In this document: piece by piece, positions 62,001 to 64,000 of the stretch | How positions within the stretch are numbered: position 1 is the stretch's first letter | Layout: every line of letters starts with the position of its first letter | Source: Abditibacteriaceae bacterium | GTDB taxonomy: Bacteria > Armatimonadota > Abditibacteriia > Abditibacteriales > Abditibacteriaceae | DNA length: 64,000 nt | NCBI GenBank assembly: GCA_965277285.1 | Contig: OZ255721.1 | Span: forward strand, 2,560,001-2,624,000 | Direction of reading: 5' to 3' | Notes under the pieces: generated by a model | The model's input: the letters and a program-made list of their open reading frames with translations, nothing else | Databases searched by the model: none | What the model was told of the DNA's origin: nothing | Program-made: the position numbers and the translations under genes

Positions 62001-64000
62001 TCGGTTTCCCCGATATTCGCAAGCAAATCATGGGCACGGGTGGCATCTTTCTGGTCGTGTTCGCTCTCATCAGCCAGGTTCATCCGGCGTTTCAACTGGC
62101 GTCGGCGCCGTTCATCATTTTGCTGGCGTTCATCATTCTCGCTTTGACGGTGGTCGTCACGAGTTTTCTTTCGACCAAGTTTGAAGCGGAAATTAAGCGC
62201 ATGAAGCAAGGCGTTCACTTCGCCGATGTGGGACGTTTATCGGCGATTGGCGCAGCTCTGGGTTTGGGCGTGGCGAATATGCGACGCCGCCCGACGCGCA
62301 CCGCTTTAACTTGCGTCACTTTGATTTTGCTGACGTTCACGGTGTTGTCGTTCACTTCGGTAACTGCCGGAATTTCCAACTTCGCGCGTGTTTACAGTAC
62401 TCGAACGCCGTCTTACACTGGCATGATGGTGCGCCAACCCGACTGGAGCGCGATGGACGAAGCCGCCGTTACTTCGATGCGCAGCGAGTTCACGCAACGT
62501 TTCGGGCCGGTCGCGTTGCGCGCCTGGTATTTATCGCGCGATCCCAGCGAATTGCTGCAATTGCGCGTCAACAACAGCGCCAACAGCGGCCAATACTTTT
62601 ACGCTCCAGCTTTGGTCGGCTTGACGCCCGAAGAAAAAACTATCGGTTCGCCGTTGCCCGGCACCTTGACCACGGGACGATGGTTCCAGACAGGTGACCA
62701 CAACGTTTGCATCATGCCGCTTTCGATGTTGCAAATCTCCAGAACAGCGAGCGATGATACGACTACCAACGGTGCGGCGGCCACATCGCCGCTGGGTTTA
62801 ACGCCGCAAAACGCGCTGGGACAAAGCATTCAAGTGGCGGGACAAACGCTGCAAATCATCGGCGTTTTCGATGATTCAAAGTGGAGCGGCTCGGCGGGAT
62901 TGCGCGACTTGGATGACGAACCATTTACTCCAGTCGACTATCAAAATCAGCAGAATAAGCAGGCCGCGAGCAGCACGCAATCGAGCGCGAGCAGCGGTCA
63001 GGCGCCGCAAGTCCAAAGCTATCAGCACATGGACGCCACCGCGCTTTTGCTGATTCCTTACGACACGGCGATAAGTTTGGGCGCGACAACGCGCTCCGTT
63101 GCGGCAGGTTTGGGCGGAAAAACATCGCTGTCTGCGAGTTCGAGTACTGGAAATGCAGGCGGTAAAAATGCAACGAGCGGCGAGGACGAGTTGCAGGCAT
63201 TGATGCAGCGCGCGGCGCTGGGCATTTTTGGCGCGACGCCCGACAAAAACGGCAGGCTGCAATCGAAGCTGTATTCCTCTGTGGAAAGCACCAGTTACGA
63301 AGGTTTCGCATCGCTTGTCATCCCGATTGCGATTGCAGCCATGATTATCGCTAACACGATGCTGGGTTCGGTTTTCGAGCGCACGCGCGAAATCGGTATT
63401 TATTCTTCCATCGGTCTGGCGCCGATCCACGTCGCGGCGTTGTTCATTTCGGAAGCCGGGGTTTATGCTGTTCTGGGTTCCATCAGTGGCTATTTGGTGG
63501 CGCAAACCTTTGCCAAGATTGCGACCGCGACCCACGCTTTCCAATATCTGACCTTTAACTATTCGTCGTCTTCAGCGGTTATTGCGACTTTGATTGTGAT
63601 GGCAACGGTGTTGCTTTCGACGCTTTATCCAGCGTTTCAGGCTTCGCGCTTGGCGCAGCCCGATGATCGTCGCTGGGAATTGGCTGCGCCGAACGGCGAC
63701 TTGTGGCGCATTCAATTTCCCTTCACAGTTTCGGGTTCGCAGCCTTTGGGCGTGGCGCAATTTTTAGCCGACTTCTTTGAAACGCATACCGACACATCGG
63801 TCGGCGGGTTTTATACGGATCGCGTTTCGTTTTCCGCCATGCGCTTGGCCGAAGCGCGCGCTTTGCTGGACGCGCCTTTGCCCGGCACTGTCGCGGCTTT
63901 GGACAGCACGGCGAACGGTGCAAATGGCGCAGCTTCAAAGGGCGCTATCGAGTACTCAAATGGCGCTGCGAATGGTGCTGCGACAACGCCGATGGTGAAC
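59048..64000 (+). CDS. Very large membrane protein with an M28-peptidase-like domain and FtsX-like permease domains; runs off the window and is absent from the ORF track
   Basis: ATG 59048. The same frame gives VIVIDSYYDSMAITPDLAPGAE at 60041 and IANTMLGSVFERTREIGIYSSIGLAP at about 63345. Frame was checked at these points, not codon by codon. Confidence 0.85.
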   Translation, partial: MKLPARLPAVPRWITSLSRSSASPLSVSRSPVSHLPRPLPKPRRAAFWSASALLAVSILLPLSRAFSQPSDSIAAAPSAQAAPVDAAVVTRLNADIAALTQFPSRAPGTAGNTQAAAYVEKRMREIGLAVSSDSYNVTAPVTTNGHSTLTLNGQSLTVFPIYPNGVVPSSVPTGGLSAPLIYARGGQPSDFNGLTVKGAIVALDFNSGMNWITAADLGARAVVFLEPQATEANSAPTSRGEAERKFAAVSAEMPRFYAPKVAADAIRGALGNSAALSSTGNGATQSSAANALSNASQNKIEATLQSQVSWQSVPVRNILGRLQGSDPTLSKQVIVIDSYYDSMAITPDLAPGAEAAGNCAAFLEMARSFKANPPKYSLLFVANGAHHLALAGARNFLNQHFVDSTGKGAKALTDEIASYRAFVGLDFTSRTDTVGLFAKAAFYNQLASVGNNQESILLNQFNGFAKTLYEDYAQPEAKRRGVPIEAFYVDGIRGLNGRNWRSFLPSLVALDSEAATLTGKPSVSFATANDIRTLQDTPFDLPSSMNVPNVARQIATVQFLLGKALNSGENVKDNNFQALTDRATKLSAIFGYGIGRAISRDVTKGKISFLPDTPVPNAVGYILNRAQDYKTYSGVRGAFIEKAQYTKETASAPSVAQFSFIAPRIVDPNGGAYPDAQIEAYGLSDDGKIVYAPDQGSEKARFSATFNKTSVAPAYKDEATGELNPDATTLCFHCRGVALYDTLDQRYFQVLTTLSVLDGQTDAEPTQYGFLQPTAVTGQGTLEPIAVVYGPPSVVDPKTGVRNTTHLKVIMAQGLLGKRLVLLNTLPSSGVWSGKVRPNGVGVDVPQIDDPVSAVVPTLSFAVARDLWQLDQQRIHLLKQFGISNQRVDALHGAVGCGVDSKIAGQFACPTDALAEPNGGAIQLAATALQNKQFDQFYAQSRRAFGLESRAYPDVEATAQDVLKGILFYLALLLPFSFFLERILFGFPDIRKQIMGTGGIFLVVFALISQVHPAFQLASAPFIILLAFIILALTVVVTSFLSTKFEAEIKRMKQGVHFADVGRLSAIGAALGLGVANMRRRPTRTALTCVTLILLTFTVLSFTSVTAGISNFARVYSTRTPSYTGMMVRQPDWSAMDEAAVTSMRSEFTQRFGPVALRAWYLSRDPSELLQLRVNNSANSGQYFYAPALVGLTPEEKTIGSPLPGTLTTGRWFQTGDHNVCIMPLSMLQISRTASDDTTTNGAAATSPLGLTPQNALGQSIQVAGQTLQIIGVFDDSKWSGSAGLRDLDDEPFTPVDYQNQQNKQAASSTQSSASSGQAPQVQSYQHMDATALLLIPYDTAISLGATTRSVAAGLGGKTSLSASSSTGNAGGKNATSGEDELQALMQRAALGIFGATPDKNGRLQSKLYSSVESTSYEGFASLVIPIAIAAMIIANTMLGSVFERTREIGIYSSIGLAPIHVAALFISEAGVYAVLGSISGYLVAQTFAKIATATHAFQYLTFNYSSSSAVIATLIVMATVLLSTLYPAFQASRLAQPDDRRWELAAPNGDLWRIQFPFTVSGSQPLGVAQFLADFFETHTDTSVGGFYTDRVSFSAMRLAEARALLDAPLPGTVAALDSTANGANGAASKGAIEYSNGAANGAATTPMVN

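Noticed and set aside
59129..63998. Many short ORFs in the track
   Set aside because: They are alternative or antisense frames of the single long plus-strand ORF.

Overview
A 64 kb bacterial chromosomal segment. The gene content (DUF1559/H-X9-DG prepilin-like paralogs, a large M28-FtsX fusion) suggests Abditibacteriota/Armatimonadota, but this is inference only. It carries housekeeping genes (hisD, tRNA-Leu(UAA), maf-mreBCD, recJ, rimO, pepF, folC, methylglyoxal synthase, AlkA), an MjaI-like type II R-M pair, secreted glycan-active proteins, a probable methylated-amine/N-methylglutamate nitrogen-use cluster (18.9-29.6 kb), and a CP-ATP-grasp/alpha-E/transglutaminase/Anbu module. The dominant unexplained signal is a highly iterated 12-bp palindrome, TCGAGTACTCGA (usually W-TCGAGTACTCGA-W). 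I counted 56 perfect copies by eye plus about 20 near-matches; random expectation is about 0.004 per window. About 30 perfect copies lie in frame inside genes (read as xEYSx, RVLD/E or SSTR) and about 26 lie between genes. Some make up an entire intergenic spacer, and some sit in terminator hairpins. It behaves like cyanobacterial HIP1 or a DNA-uptake sequence, but the sequence is unrelated. At least six families of REP/MITE-like inverted repeats are also present. No CRISPR array was seen. All counts and coordinates were read manually.
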